The notes: generated by a model not told the origin, from the letters alone. Shown: positions 10,402 to 25,465, numbered from the stretch's first letter. The stretch is DNA of 64,000 nt from Alphaproteobacteria bacterium (GCA_965227515.1 CBDDFZ010000002.1:896001-960000), one strand, 5' to 3'. Program-made: numbers and translations.

Positions 10402-10704
10402 ATGAGATTCGTTCAAGCAGACTTGTTCGCGCAAGACAGCGCCGAGCGCAACACCCTGTCGGATTCACAGCGGGCGGCAATTCGCTCGCGCTTGGAGGCG
10501 ACGCTGGCAAGGCTGGCCGCAGCGGAAACCTTTCCTTGGCACGATCCGTTGGACGCTGTTCACGAGGAGAATCGCTTTCAACGCGACACCGATATGCTTG
10601 GCGACGAGGGCGCTGAGCTTTGGGTCCGATTCGACAAAGAAATGGATCGGCTATACGAGACGCAGCCCCCTGTAGATGCTTGCGCGGCTGAAAAGAGACA
10701 CTAA
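10402..10704 (+). CDS. Small hypothetical protein divergent from the R-M gene
   Basis: 100-aa helical-looking ORF (QADLF..FPW..FDKEMDRLY) filling the gap. Confidence 0.6.
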   Translation: MRFVQADLFAQDSAERNTLSDSQRAAIRSRLEATLARLAAAETFPWHDPLDAVHEENRFQRDTDMLGDEGAELWVRFDKEMDRLYETQPPVDACAAEKRH

Positions 10705-10743
10705 AGGGCTGACTATCACAGTCGGGAAGTCAATGGGCTCCCG

Positions 10744-13191
10744 TTACGACTCGCCACCACTACCCCGCCCGAACTTCCGGGCCACCTCGGCGAAGGCGGC
10801 CAGGCGGGCGGCGACCTTGCCGTTGATGCTGTCGGCCGGGTAGGCGCCGTCATTGCCCGCCTCGCCCGCCGGCACGCCGGTCAGCACCTCGATGCCCTGG
10901 TCGATGGTCTCGATCGGCCAGACCCGGAAGGTGCCGGCCTCGATGGCCTCCACCACGTCGTGGCGCAGCATCAGGTGCTTCACGTTTGAGGCCGGGATCA
11001 TCACCCCCTGGCTGCCGGTCAGCTCGCCCTGTTCCAGGCATGAGTCGAAGAAGCCCTCGATCTTCTCGTTGGCGCCGCCGATGGCCTGTACCTCGCCGAA
11101 CTGGTTGACCGACCCGGTGACCGCGATGCCCTGGTCGATGGGCACGCCCGACAGCGCCGACAAGAGCGCGTAGAGCTCGGTGGAGGAGGCGCTGTCGCCG
11201 TCCACCGGGCCGTAGGACTGCTCGAACACCAGGGTGGCGGAGAGCGCCAGCGGCGTGTCGGCGGCGAACCTGGCGCCCAGATAGCCGGACAGGATCATCA
11301 CGCCCTTGGTGTGCAGCGGCCCGCCGAGCTCGACCTGGCGCTCGATGTCCACCACCTCGCCCTTGCCGGGGCGGACGCGCGCGGAGATGCGGTTGGGCTT
11401 GCCGAAGGCGAAGCCGCCGACGTCCAGCACCGCCAGCCCGTTGACCTGGCCGATGTGGGTGCCTGTGACGTCGATCATCATGGTGCCTTCGCCGATCCGC
11501 TCCTGGATCATCTCGCGCGGGCGGTCCAGGCGGTAGATCATTGCGTCGATGGCGCCGGTCACGTCCTCGCGCTCGATCTGGTCGCGGCCGGCCTTGGCGG
11601 CCAGGAAGTCGGCCTCCTGCACCACGTCCAGGATCGAGCGCATGTGGGTGGAGAGCTTGCCCTGGTGGGCGGCGAGGCGGGAGGCGTGCTCCACCATGCG
11701 CGCCGCCGCCGCACAGGTCAGGCTCTTCAGGTCGTGGCGCCGGGCGAGCTGGCCGACGGTCTGGCCGAACGCGTCCTCGGTCGCCTCGGTCCGGTCCATG
11801 CTCTCGGCGAAGTCGACCGCCACCTTGAACAGCTCGGCGAACTCCGGGTCGTTGGCCTTCAACAGGTTGTAGATGTAGCGGTCGCCGAACAGCACCACCT
11901 TGACGTCGAGCTTAATCGGGATCGGCTGCAGCGACTGGGTGTACATCACGCTGGCCGCGGCGTTCGGCTGCTCGATGGGGATCTCGCCGGCGTGGAGAGC
12001 GCGTTTGAGCTCCTGCCAGGCGAAGGGCTGCGACACCAGCTTGATGACGTCCAGCAGCAGATAGCCGCCATTCGCCTTGTGCAGGTCGCCCGGCTTGATC
12101 AGCGTGTGGTCGGTGGTCAGCGTGCCGAACTGGGCGACATGCTCGATCCGGCCCATCAGATTGCCGTGGGTCGGGAAGTCGCACTCGATCACCGGCGCGC
12201 CATTTGCGCCAGCAGTGTCGCCGGCATTCTCGATCATGACGTTGACCTGATAGCGCTTCAGCAGGTTCGGGTTGGGTTGCATGCCGCCCGCGGCCGCGGC
12301 GGCCTCCGGGTTCGGCGGGCCGTGCTGCTCGGTGGTCAGCAACTGCAGCAACGGCATGGCGTGCTCCACCACGTCCGCCTTCATCGCCTCCAGGTGGCCG
12401 ATCACGCCCGGCTGGCCGTCGAACAGCTCGGCCAGCTCGTCGAAGATGGGCGCGACCGCCTGTTCCACCGTGGTCTGGTTCAGCTTGCGGGCGACGTCGC
12501 GCTGCTCGCGCTCCCACTTGCGTGACTGGCGCTGGGTGTCGCGCATGCTCTCCTGCATGTCGGCCATCGCCTTTTCCAGGCGCTCGCGCTCGTCCTCGGG
12601 CAGCGCGCGGAAGGCGTCCGGCTCCATCGGCTTGCCGTCGGCGACCGGCACGAACGCGATGCCCTGCTGGGTGCGGGTCATGATCAGCCCGCTGTCTTCC
12701 GCCACCTTGGCCAGCGCCTTGATCGCCTGCTCCTGGTGGGCGTTCATGTCGGCCTCGATGGACTGGACCTGGGCGCGGTACTCGTCGCTCTCGAAGGCGG
12801 CGGGCAGGGCGGCGCGCAGATCCTCGATCAGCTCCTCGCACTCGCGGCGGAAACGGCTGGCGTCGCCCGGCTTCAGCGACAGCGCCTTGGGGCGGTGCGG
12901 CTCGTCGAAGTTGAAGACGTAGACCCAGTCGTCGGGCCGGGCGCGGCTGTCCGCCGTGCCGCGCAGGTGGCGCTTCACCAGGGTGCGGCGGCCGGAGCCG
13001 GCGGCGCCCATGGCGAACATGTTGAAGCCGAACCGGTCGATGGCGACGCCGAAGTCGATGGCCTGCTCGGCCCGCTCCTGGCCGATGAAGTCGGAGCTGT
13101 CCGGCAGGTCGGCCGTGGTGTCGAAGTCCAGCGTGTCCGGGTCGCAGCGGCGATAGACCTGGTTGGGGGTCAACGGCGCGGGAATGGTCAT
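10744..13191 (-). CDS. Lon-family (S16) protease with AAA+ region and coiled-coil insert
   Basis: GQVNGL, DGDSAS catalytic Ser, GGANEKIEGF catalytic Lys, LHKANGGYL; degenerate Walker A GAAGSGRRT. Confidence 0.9.
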   Translation of the reverse strand: MTIPAPLTPNQVYRRCDPDTLDFDTTADLPDSSDFIGQERAEQAIDFGVAIDRFGFNMFAMGAAGSGRRTLVKRHLRGTADSRARPDDWVYVFNFDEPHRPKALSLKPGDASRFRRECEELIEDLRAALPAAFESDEYRAQVQSIEADMNAHQEQAIKALAKVAEDSGLIMTRTQQGIAFVPVADGKPMEPDAFRALPEDERERLEKAMADMQESMRDTQRQSRKWEREQRDVARKLNQTTVEQAVAPIFDELAELFDGQPGVIGHLEAMKADVVEHAMPLLQLLTTEQHGPPNPEAAAAAGGMQPNPNLLKRYQVNVMIENAGDTAGANGAPVIECDFPTHGNLMGRIEHVAQFGTLTTDHTLIKPGDLHKANGGYLLLDVIKLVSQPFAWQELKRALHAGEIPIEQPNAAASVMYTQSLQPIPIKLDVKVVLFGDRYIYNLLKANDPEFAELFKVAVDFAESMDRTEATEDAFGQTVGQLARRHDLKSLTCAAAARMVEHASRLAAHQGKLSTHMRSILDVVQEADFLAAKAGRDQIEREDVTGAIDAMIYRLDRPREMIQERIGEGTMMIDVTGTHIGQVNGLAVLDVGGFAFGKPNRISARVRPGKGEVVDIERQVELGGPLHTKGVMILSGYLGARFAADTPLALSATLVFEQSYGPVDGDSASSTELYALLSALSGVPIDQGIAVTGSVNQFGEVQAIGGANEKIEGFFDSCLEQGELTGSQGVMIPASNVKHLMLRHDVVEAIEAGTFRVWPIETIDQGIEVLTGVPAGEAGNDGAYPADSINGKVAARLAAFAEVARKFGRGSGGES

Positions 13192-13250
13192 CTGCTGGTT
13201 TCCTCCGGTGGTCTTGTTGTTGGCGGTCTTGTTGCTGGGCGGGCTTGTTA

Positions 13251-13652
13251 TCAGGCGCTGTCTTCGATGGCGTGCATGTCGTCGTCGGACAGGCCGAGAT
13301 GATGGCCGATCTCGTGGATCAGCACATGGCGGATCAGGTGCTGCAGGTCCTCGCCGGTTTCGCACCAATAGTCCAGCAGGGCACGCCGGTAGAGGAAGAT
13401 GCGGTCGACGTCGCTGGGGGTGCCGCCGACCTCCTTCTCGCCGATGGACACGCCGCTGTAGAGGCCGAGCAGGTCGAACGGCGTCTCCAGCTCCATCTCG
13501 CGCGCGGTGTCCTCGTCAGGGAACTCGACGACGGCGATCGCGATGTCGGTGGCGTGCCTGCGGAACACCTCCGGGATGTCGTCGAAGGCCTGGCGGGCGA
13601 TCGCCTCCAGGTCGTCGAGGGAGGGGGCGGTGGTCCAGTCGGTGCGGGGCAT
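13251..13652 (-). CDS. Zincin-like metallopeptidase (DUF1025-type)
   Basis: LLGLYSG, IFLYRR, HEIGHHLG (HExxH). Confidence 0.88.
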   Translation of the reverse strand: MPRTDWTTAPSLDDLEAIARQAFDDIPEVFRRHATDIAIAVVEFPDEDTAREMELETPFDLLGLYSGVSIGEKEVGGTPSDVDRIFLYRRALLDYWCETGEDLQHLIRHVLIHEIGHHLGLSDDDMHAIEDSA

Positions 13653-13803
13653 GGCCCGGATATAGCCGATCCCGGCCGCGCGGGGGAGGGGGTGCGGCCG
13701 CGCTGGACCCGCTTGCCTGAAAAATACCGCTCGGGCAGGTTTGGCCGCGTAACCGCAGGAACGCCCGGATACTGAACCCCGGATACTGAGCACGGAGAGT
13801 TCG

Positions 13804-15213
13804 ATGCCTGGAATTGCCCGCACGTTGTGCGCGACGGCCGTGGGCCTCGCATTGCTGCCGGTGCCGTCGCCCGCGTCCGCCCAGGATCCCGCATCCGACC
13901 AGGAGGAAGCGCCTGGCCTGATCGAGCTGCTGGCGCTGATGCCGGCGACGGGAGACCCGGCCAACGCGCTTCATCTCTTCAGCTACGTCGATTTTCGGGC
14001 CATCGAGGCGGCGGCGGGGATTGACGCGCCCGACGTGGAAGTCGCCTACCAGGACGGGTTCGACGCGTTCGCCGACTGGTCGCAGGACGACGTCGCCGCA
14101 TGGTTCCAGGCGCGCCGGCGCATCGTCACCGGCCCGCCGGACATCGTGAGCCATGCCGGCATGGTTGGCCGAACCGACCTCGCCATGGCGGACGCCACGG
14201 GGGTCGACTACTTCGCCATCGATCGCGCGATGGATTTCCACCAGGCGAGCGGGGGGTACCTCATGGCCGGCGACGCGCCGATGGCCGTGATCGATGACAT
14301 GACCATGTGGAGCGACCTCCGCTCCCGCGGCCATGCGCTTGCCGATGTCGACGGCGTGCCGGTCTGGCACCGCTTCGAGGATAATGGCGTCGCACTTCTG
14401 CTTGCCGACGAGGGCGCGGCCGCCGATCCGTTCGATGGAGAGGCGATGCGGGCCGTGCGGCTGGCGGTGCTGCCCGACCTGCTGATTCTGGCCCGGAACT
14501 GGGCGGACCTGGAGACTACGCTGGCGATCCGCGCCGGGGAGGCCGAGCCTTCGCCGGTTGTGCCCCTGCTGCAACGCATGGTGGCGGCGACATTGATGCT
14601 GGACGGCGTCGACCAGCGGGTGCTCCAGGCCTGGGCCAGTCCGGTTTCCGCCCTGATGCCGCAGGGCGGCGCCGTGCCGGACGTGCTTGCGCAGATGTTC
14701 GCCGACGGCGGCGGGCAATTGCCCGATGCTGAGACGCTGGCCGAGACGGTGCAGCCGACGGATGCCCCGGCGGAGTCGCTGCCGGCCTATCCAGTGGCGC
14801 TGTTCGCCGACCTGCAGGCGGGCGACATGCAAGTCAATGCCATCGCGCTGCCATTTGCCAGCCGTGCTGCGGCGGACGTCGCGGCCCAGGTGCTGGCGGC
14901 CCGCCTGTCCGCGTGGGTGCTGCCGCGCGGCCCCGCGGATGAGCGCGCCATCGATGTTGTGGACGGTACGGTCGAAGCGCTTGTTGTCGATGCGCCGGGT
15001 ATCGGGGCGGACCTGGCGGGCGCCCTTCGCGCGCTCGGTGCGGCGGGTGGCGGGCAGATGGCGGACGCGGATGGCGCGATTGCGGTGGTCGCGGTGCGTT
15101 ACCCGATGTCGGCCGCAACCCAGGCGTCTTCGTCGTCAACCGCCGGGATCGTGCTGTACTGGTTGGCCGCGAGCCTGCTCAACCGCGACCTGACGCTGCT
15201 GTCGGTGCCGTAG
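13804..15213 (+). CDS. Hypothetical secreted acidic protein
   Basis: Signal peptide ending ASA-Q, GGAG RBS, 469 aa. Confidence 0.7.
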   Translation: MPGIARTLCATAVGLALLPVPSPASAQDPASDQEEAPGLIELLALMPATGDPANALHLFSYVDFRAIEAAAGIDAPDVEVAYQDGFDAFADWSQDDVAAWFQARRRIVTGPPDIVSHAGMVGRTDLAMADATGVDYFAIDRAMDFHQASGGYLMAGDAPMAVIDDMTMWSDLRSRGHALADVDGVPVWHRFEDNGVALLLADEGAAADPFDGEAMRAVRLAVLPDLLILARNWADLETTLAIRAGEAEPSPVVPLLQRMVAATLMLDGVDQRVLQAWASPVSALMPQGGAVPDVLAQMFADGGGQLPDAETLAETVQPTDAPAESLPAYPVALFADLQAGDMQVNAIALPFASRAAADVAAQVLAARLSAWVLPRGPADERAIDVVDGTVEALVVDAPGIGADLAGALRALGAAGGGQMADADGAIAVVAVRYPMSAATQASSSSTAGIVLYWLAASLLNRDLTLLSVP

Positions 15214-15230
15214 CGGCCGCCGCCCGGGGG

Positions 15231-15782
15231 CTACTCGTTGCGGAAGATGTTTTCCAGGCCGCGCAGGGCGCTGGAGAAACCCAGCAGCGACAGCGGAATG
15301 GTGACGTCGAAGCCGTCCGGCCCCACCATCTGGAACTGGCCGACGATGCCGCGGCGGAAGGCGGTCAGAATGTCCTCCGACTCGTCCGTCGAGCGCGCGT
15401 ACTGACAATCGACGCCGCTGGCATCGGCGATCTCCAGTTCCGCGACCAGCTCGTTGTCGACATTGACCCGCAGCACCGCGCCCGGCGGTGCGGAGGGCGG
15501 GCACAGGTGGAAATGCACCACCGGCTCCTCGGTGGCATCGACAAACCCGACAGAGACGCTGACCGACTGTGGCTCGACCAGCCCTGCCTGCTGTTCGGTT
15601 GCGTCGTTGTAGATCCAGCACACCCGCTGGCGCGTCTCGGCCATCACGTCACAGCGCAGGGTCCAGTCGCGGTGGCGACGTTCTTCCTGTGCCGTGGCCG
15701 GCGGGGCATGCATCAGGGATAGCAGGGCGGTCGCCAACATAGCCAACAGGGGGGCAAACCACAGGGTGCTGCGGCGGTTCAT
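15231..15782 (-). CDS. Invasion-associated locus B (IalB)-like secreted protein
   Basis: DWTLRC..C, LSLLGFSSAL; signal peptide. Confidence 0.75.
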   Translation of the reverse strand: MNRRSTLWFAPLLAMLATALLSLMHAPPATAQEERRHRDWTLRCDVMAETRQRVCWIYNDATEQQAGLVEPQSVSVSVGFVDATEEPVVHFHLCPPSAPPGAVLRVNVDNELVAELEIADASGVDCQYARSTDESEDILTAFRRGIVGQFQMVGPDGFDVTIPLSLLGFSSALRGLENIFRNE

Positions 15783-15843
15783 CACCGGTACTCCAACGAT
15801 ATTCAAGATCGTTCCTGCCTGCGCGGCCCATTGCCGTGCGGCG

Positions 15844-16665
15844 CTATTCGGACGGCGCCGCCTCTTCGTCGGCGGCGGCCGCATCGTCGGCGGGCGCGTC
15901 GCCCGAGGAGGCGTCGTCGGCACCGTCTGCCGGCGCGTCGTCAGCGGCGCCCTCATCGGCGGCACTCTCTTCCGCGCCATCTTCCGCACCGTCTTCTGGG
16001 GCGCCATCGGCGGCATCGCCATCGCCATCGCCCTCGACCGCATCGCCCTCGTCGCCTTCCGCTGCTGCTTCCGCTTCGGCGGCGGCCGCCGCTTCGGCCG
16101 CGGCCTGGATCTCGGCGATGGCGGCCGTCATGTCCTCGCTCAGCTTGGTGTAGGCGGCGGTGAAGCCGAACAGCGAGATCGGCACCTGCAGCAGCGTTTC
16201 GTTATCTTCCAGGAAGAAACGCACGGTCGCCTGGGCGCCGGCGCGGAACTGCGACACCATCATCGCGGCGATCTCGCCGCCGGCGACGGTCTGGCACCAG
16301 CCGATGTTGCATGCGGCAAAGCGGCCGGTCAGCGGTTCGTTGGTGTCGACCTGAATCTGCACCCCGCGTTCCGGGGATGCGATATCGGGCACCTCCACAT
16401 AGACCAGCGGCTCCAGTTCCGGCCCGACCAGGCCGACGATGATGTTGACCGAGTGCTGGGTGCCGTCGGGCAAGGTCTCGGCCAAGCCGGTGTAAATGAA
16501 GCACTTGACGGCGTTTATTTCGGTCTCGAGTTCGCAGCGGTGCACCCAGTCGCGAAACTGCTCCTCCTGCACCTGCACTTCGGCCTGTCCGGTCGAAACG
16601 GTTGAGAACATGGCGGCAGCGGCCAGCGCTGCCATGATGGTCGGCCTCCCGACTGGAAATTGCAT
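15844..16665 (-). CDS. IalB-like secreted protein with acidic low-complexity tail
   Basis: FRDWVHRC..C, C...WC, ISLFGFTAAY; D/E/A/G-rich C-terminus. Confidence 0.78.
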   Translation of the reverse strand: MQFPVGRPTIMAALAAAAMFSTVSTGQAEVQVQEEQFRDWVHRCELETEINAVKCFIYTGLAETLPDGTQHSVNIIVGLVGPELEPLVYVEVPDIASPERGVQIQVDTNEPLTGRFAACNIGWCQTVAGGEIAAMMVSQFRAGAQATVRFFLEDNETLLQVPISLFGFTAAYTKLSEDMTAAIAEIQAAAEAAAAAEAEAAAEGDEGDAVEGDGDGDAADGAPEDGAEDGAEESAADEGAADDAPADGADDASSGDAPADDAAAADEEAAPSE

Positions 16666-16785
16666 TACGGCTTCCCTTGGACCTTGGTTTGCGGCCTCGT
16701 CTGCGACTCGTCGCGGCGCACCATAGGCGGTTTCCACAATCGTTCAAATGTCATCGACGCGCCACGCCGGGTGCCTTGCGATTAA

Positions 16786-17826
<1,041 letters not shown>

Positions 17827-17937
17827 CGTGCCGCGCGATGGCGCAATTCCTGCACGATTTCTGCACGGGAAACTTCCTGGCAGGCATTGACGTTTAGAAC
17901 GCAACCGACGACCGCCACCAACTGACCGGATTGGGCA

Positions 17938-19134
17938 ATGAATATTCACGAGTACCAAGGCAAGGCGCTGCTGGACAAATACGGGGTGGCGGTACCCAAG
18001 GGGAAGGTCGCCTACACGCCGGACGAGGCGGTGTCGGCGGCGGAGGAGCTGGGCGGCCCTGTGTGGGTGGTGAAGTCGCAGATCCATGCCGGCGGGCGCG
18101 GCGCCGGGCGCTTCAAGGACGATCCCGACGGCAAGGGCGGCGTGCGCGTGGTGAAGTCGCTGGACGACGTGCGCAACGAAGCCCAGGCGATGCTGGGCCA
18201 CATCCTGGTCACCAAGCAGACCGGTCCGGTGGGCAAGGAAGTCAAGCGGATCTACATCGAGGACGGCTGCGACATCGCGCGTGAGCTCTACCTCGGCATG
18301 CTGATCGACCGTGCCACCAGCCGCATCACCATCATGGCCTCGGCCGAGGGCGGCATGGACATCGAGACGGTGGCGGCGGAAAACCCCGACGCGATCGTCA
18401 AGGTCGCCATCGACCCCGCCACCGGCCTGCAGCCGTTCCACGCCCGCCAGATCGCTTTCGCGCTCGGCCTGTCGGGCGGCGAGGTGCGTTCGGCGGTGAA
18501 GTTCCTGACCGCCATGTACAAGGCGTTCAACGAACTCGATTGCAGCATGATCGAGGTCAACCCGCTGGTCGTCACCGGCGGCGGCGAGGTGATCGCGCTC
18601 GATGCCAAGGTCAATTTCGACGACAACGCGCTCTACCGGCACCCGGATGTCGAGGAACTGCGCGACCCCGACGAGGAAGACCCGTCGGAGGTGGAGGCCG
18701 CCGAGCACGACCTGAACTACATCAAGCTGGACGGGTCCATCGGCTGCCTGGTCAACGGCGCCGGCCTGGCGATGGCGACCATGGACATCATCAAGCTTTA
18801 TGGCGGCGAGCCGGCGAACTTCCTGGACGTCGGCGGCGGCGCCACCAAGGAGCGGGTGACCATCGCGTTCAAGATCATCCTGTCGGACCCGAACGTCGAT
18901 GGCATCCTGGTCAACATCTTCGGCGGCATCATGCGCTGCGACGTGATCGCGGAGGGCATTGTCGCCGCGGCGCGGGAGCTGAGCCTGAACGTGCCGCTGG
19001 TGGTGCGGCTGGAAGGCACCAACGTGGAGCAGGGCAAGGCGATCCTCGCCAATTCCGGCCTGCCCATCGTGAGCGGCGACAACCTGGCGGACGGGGCGCG
19101 CAAGGTTGTCGAAGCCGTCAAGAACGCAGCCTGA
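17938..19134 (+). CDS. sucC: Succinyl-CoA synthetase beta subunit
   Basis: [28 protein letters not shown]. Confidence 0.98.
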   Translation: MNIHEYQGKALLDKYGVAVPKGKVAYTPDEAVSAAEELGGPVWVVKSQIHAGGRGAGRFKDDPDGKGGVRVVKSLDDVRNEAQAMLGHILVTKQTGPVGKEVKRIYIEDGCDIARELYLGMLIDRATSRITIMASAEGGMDIETVAAENPDAIVKVAIDPATGLQPFHARQIAFALGLSGGEVRSAVKFLTAMYKAFNELDCSMIEVNPLVVTGGGEVIALDAKVNFDDNALYRHPDVEELRDPDEEDPSEVEAAEHDLNYIKLDGSIGCLVNGAGLAMATMDIIKLYGGEPANFLDVGGGATKERVTIAFKIILSDPNVDGILVNIFGGIMRCDVIAEGIVAAARELSLNVPLVVRLEGTNVEQGKAILANSGLPIVSGDNLADGARKVVEAVKNAA

Positions 19135-19152
19135 AGAAACGAGGAGGCGGAC

Positions 19153-20028
19153 ATGGCGGTACTTGTCGACGCAAACACCAAGGTCATCTGCCAGGGTTTC
19201 ACCGGCAGCCAGGGCACCTTCCACTCCGAGCAGGCGATCGCCTACGGCACCAAGATGGTCGGCGGCGTCACCCCCGGTAAGGGCGGCGAGAGCCATCTGG
19301 GCCTGCCGGTGTTCAACACGGTGGCGGAGGCGGTGGCAACCACCGGCGCCGATGCCAGCGTGATCTACGTGCCGCCGCCGTTCGCCGGCGATGCGATCCT
19401 GGAGGCCATCGACGCGGGCGTGGCCCTGGTGGTGTGCATTACCGAGGGCATTCCGGTGCTGGACATGGTGAAGGTGAAACGCGCGCTGATCGGCAGCGGC
19501 ACCCGCCTGGTCGGCCCCAATTGCCCCGGCGTCATCACGCCGGAGGCGTGCAAGATCGGCATCATGCCCGGCCACATCCACCGCAAGGGCAAGGTCGGCA
19601 TCGTCTCACGCTCGGGCACGCTGACCTACGAGGCGGTGGCGCAGACCACCGTGGCCGGTCTCGGGCAGTCGACCTGCATCGGCATCGGCGGCGATCCGGT
19701 GAACGGCACCAATTTCATCGACTGCCTGGAGATGTTCCTGGGCGACGACGAGACCGAGGCGATCATCATGATCGGCGAGATCGGTGGCGCGGCGGAAGAG
19801 GAAGCCGCTGAATTCATTAAGAAATCATCGGTAAAGAAGCCCATTGCCGGCTTCATCGCCGGCGTGACCGCGCCGCCGGGCCGGCGCATGGGCCATGCCG
19901 GGGCCATCATCTCCGGCGGCTCGGGCGGGGCCGGCGACAAGATCGAGGCCTTGCGTGGTGCCGGTTTTGCAATTGCCGAATCCCCGGCGTCGCTCGGCGA
20001 GGCCGTGGTCGAGGCGATCAACGCCTAG
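19153..20028 (+). CDS. sucD: Succinyl-CoA synthetase alpha subunit
   Basis: [19 protein letters not shown]. Confidence 0.98.
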   Translation: MAVLVDANTKVICQGFTGSQGTFHSEQAIAYGTKMVGGVTPGKGGESHLGLPVFNTVAEAVATTGADASVIYVPPPFAGDAILEAIDAGVALVVCITEGIPVLDMVKVKRALIGSGTRLVGPNCPGVITPEACKIGIMPGHIHRKGKVGIVSRSGTLTYEAVAQTTVAGLGQSTCIGIGGDPVNGTNFIDCLEMFLGDDETEAIIMIGEIGGAAEEEAAEFIKKSSVKKPIAGFIAGVTAPPGRRMGHAGAIISGGSGGAGDKIEALRGAGFAIAESPASLGEAVVEAINA

Positions 20029-20097
20029 ATATTGCAGCGGCGAGCGCCGCGGGCCCGGTCAGTGTTGGGCTGAGGCAGTGTTGGACGGAGACTTGCG

Positions 20098-22986
<2,889 letters not shown>

Positions 22987-23036
22987 CTCCGTCACTGAGA
23001 CAGAATTTGCGCCGAACGTTCGAACAGAGGTTCTAG

Positions 23037-24371
23037 ATGGCAGAGCAAATTATCGTGCCCACCCTTGGCGAATCGGTCGTCGAGGCGACGGTCGCGCGCT
23101 GGATGAAGGCTGTTGGAGACACGGTCACGGCCGACGAGCCGCTGGTCGAGCTGGAGACCGAGAAGGTCACCATGGAGGTGAATGCGCCGATGGCCGGCAC
23201 CCTGGCGTCGATCGACGCCGACGAGGGCGCGGACGTCGAGGTCGGCGGCCTGCTGGGCACCATCGATGCCAATGGCGCGGGCGCCGCGCCCGCCAAGCCG
23301 GCACCGAAGGCCGAGGCGCCGAAGAAGGAAGAGGCGGCCGAGAAGGCACCGGAGCCGGCGAAGGCCGAGGCGCCGAAGCAAGAGGCGCCCAAACAAGAAG
23401 CGAAGGCGGCAGCCCCCTCCAAGGCCGAGGCGCCGGCCGCGAAGGCCAATCTGAAGCACCCGCTGGCGCCCGCCGTGCGCAAGCTGGTGGAAGAGAACAA
23501 CCTGGACCCGGCGGCGATTCCGGCCTCGGGCAAGGACGGCCGGCTGACCAAGGCCGACGTGCTCAACTTCATGAGTGCGCCGAAGGCGGCACCCGCGGCG
23601 GCGAAAGCGCCGTCAGCGCCGGCGCCGGCCTCGTTCCCGTCCGCCGACGAACTGCCGGAGCGCGAGGAGCGCCCGGACGAGCAGCGGGTGCGGATGACCC
23701 GCCTGCGCCAGCGCATTGCCCAGCGCCTGAAAGAGGCGCAGCAGACCGCCGCCATGCTGACCACGTTCAACGAGATCGACATGACGGCGATCATGGCGTT
23801 GCGCAACCAGTACAAGGAATCGTTCGAGAAGAAGCACGGCGTGAAGCTGGGCTTCATGTCGATCTTCGTGAAGGCCTGCATCGAGGCGCTGCAGGAACTG
23901 CCGGCGGTCAACGCGGAGATCTACGGCGACGAGATCATCTACAAGAACTACTACGACATCGGGGTTGCGGTCGGCACGCCGCAGGGCCTGGTGGTGCCGG
24001 TGCTGCGCAATGCCGACAAGCTGAGCTTCGCGGAGATCGAGTCCGGTATCGGCGACCTGGCCAAGCGGGCGCGCGACGGCAAGCTCTCCATGGCCGAACT
24101 GACCGGCGGCACCTTCACCATTACCAATGGCGGCGTCTATGGCTCGCTATTGTCGACACCTATTCTGAACACGCCGCAGTCGGGCATTCTGGGCATGCAC
24201 AAGATCCAGAAGCGGCCGATGGAAGTGGGTGGCGAGGTGAAGGTGCGGCCGATGATGTACGTGGCGCTGAGCTACGACCACCGCATCATTGACGGCCGCG
24301 AGGCGGTGACGTTCCTGGTCCGGGTGAAGGAGTGCATCGAGGATCCGGCGCGCCTGTTGATGGGGGTGTAA
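23037..24371 (+). CDS. sucB: 2-oxoglutarate dehydrogenase E2 succinyltransferase
   Basis: Lipoyl ETEKV, PA-rich linker, SYDHRIIDG. Confidence 0.98.
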   Translation: MAEQIIVPTLGESVVEATVARWMKAVGDTVTADEPLVELETEKVTMEVNAPMAGTLASIDADEGADVEVGGLLGTIDANGAGAAPAKPAPKAEAPKKEEAAEKAPEPAKAEAPKQEAPKQEAKAAAPSKAEAPAAKANLKHPLAPAVRKLVEENNLDPAAIPASGKDGRLTKADVLNFMSAPKAAPAAAKAPSAPAPASFPSADELPEREERPDEQRVRMTRLRQRIAQRLKEAQQTAAMLTTFNEIDMTAIMALRNQYKESFEKKHGVKLGFMSIFVKACIEALQELPAVNAEIYGDEIIYKNYYDIGVAVGTPQGLVVPVLRNADKLSFAEIESGIGDLAKRARDGKLSMAELTGGTFTITNGGVYGSLLSTPILNTPQSGILGMHKIQKRPMEVGGEVKVRPMMYVALSYDHRIIDGREAVTFLVRVKECIEDPARLLMGV

Positions 24372-24372
24372 C

Positions 24373-24397
24373 CGCCCGGTTGCACCCAATCCGGGCG
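24373..24397 (+). terminator. Hairpin directly after sucB
   Basis: cgcccgg..ccgggcg stem; no U-tract, so a weak call. Confidence 0.35.
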
Positions 24398-24534
24398 TAC
24401 GCCACCCAGATGCGTGCGATCCGGTTGCATCAGGATTGTCATAATCGCGGCAAGGTTGGCGTGCTATAAGCACGGCTGCCAGGTAAGTGGCACTTTCCGA
24501 GGGAGGGGGGCTCCCATCCGGAACGGAGACCACG

Positions 24535-25281
24535 ATGCCGATCATCGCAAGTCAGCTCAAAGCTGGCGATATTCTGTTCAAGCATTCCAGCGCCGGGGCG
24601 CTCAGCCAGGCGATCGCAAAGGGGCAAAGCCCGCACTATCACAGCACCGTCCAGGCGCTGGATGGCTTGTCACCCACCGGTGGCAAGTCGTTCGCCGTCG
24701 ACCTGACCCATGTCGCCATGGCGGTCGGGCCCGACGATGTGCTGGAGTTCGACGAGGGCAGTTCGTCGAAGTGGCAGATCGTCATGAAGTCGGGCCACGG
24801 CTTCACCCGCGGCAACATGAAGATCCCGTCGCGCAAGGGCTTTCGCTACGAGGTTTTTCGCTCCACCAGCGACAAGCTGGCGGCATCGGCCGCCGACAAG
24901 GCGACCCTGGTCTGGGACATCACCCATCAGCAGGGCGGCACGGTGAAGGCCAGCTACGGCCTGAAGAAGATGCTCAGGACCGCGCTGCTCCGCTACAAGG
25001 GCAAGACCTTCAGCAGTCTCGACGACTTCGAGAAGGTGATCGATGCGCTCTGCACGCTCGGTGCCGATCAGAAGGACGTCAACATCCAGTTCTTCTGCTC
25101 TCACTTCGTGACGTTCTGCTACATCTTCGCGGCCAAGGAGATCGGCTTCAAGGACGTGCTGGGCTGGGACTACACGGTCGGCGCCGACAAGATCAGGATC
25201 TCCCCTGTCGAGCTCTACGTGCGGGTCGACATGCAGGGTCACAGCCACTTCCAGTTCAAGGGCTCGCTCTACGCCGGTTAG
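24535..25281 (+). CDS. Permuted papain-like (NlpC/P60, YiiX/YaeF-type) enzyme, divergent
   Basis: LKAGDILF..THVAM..YEVFR..FFCSHFV..CY..ISPVEL: His precedes Cys. Confidence 0.72.
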   Translation: MPIIASQLKAGDILFKHSSAGALSQAIAKGQSPHYHSTVQALDGLSPTGGKSFAVDLTHVAMAVGPDDVLEFDEGSSSKWQIVMKSGHGFTRGNMKIPSRKGFRYEVFRSTSDKLAASAADKATLVWDITHQQGGTVKASYGLKKMLRTALLRYKGKTFSSLDDFEKVIDALCTLGADQKDVNIQFFCSHFVTFCYIFAAKEIGFKDVLGWDYTVGADKIRISPVELYVRVDMQGHSHFQFKGSLYAG

Positions 25282-25400
25282 CGCCTTTCGGCATCGCGTT
25301 TCACCCTTCCGGCAATCAATCACCGGTTTGACACATTGCCCGCCATGATGGAGCTTCGGCGGCGCAATGGTCGCGATCAGCTGGCGCTGAGTCTGCGCCA

Positions 25401-25465
25401 GCCCTCACCCCCACCCGGCCACCCATTCAGGATACTGTCGTGGGTGGCCGGGTGGGGGTGAGGGC
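25401..25465. repeat. Perfect 25-bp inverted repeat (family B, CCCTCACCC)
   Basis: gccctcacccccacccggccaccca / tgggtggccgggtgggggtgagggc. Confidence 0.85.

Noticed and set aside
13210-13234. GGTCTTGTTG direct repeat upstream of the Lon-family gene
   Set aside because: Only two 10-mers in a CA-rich leader; not enough to call a regulatory site.
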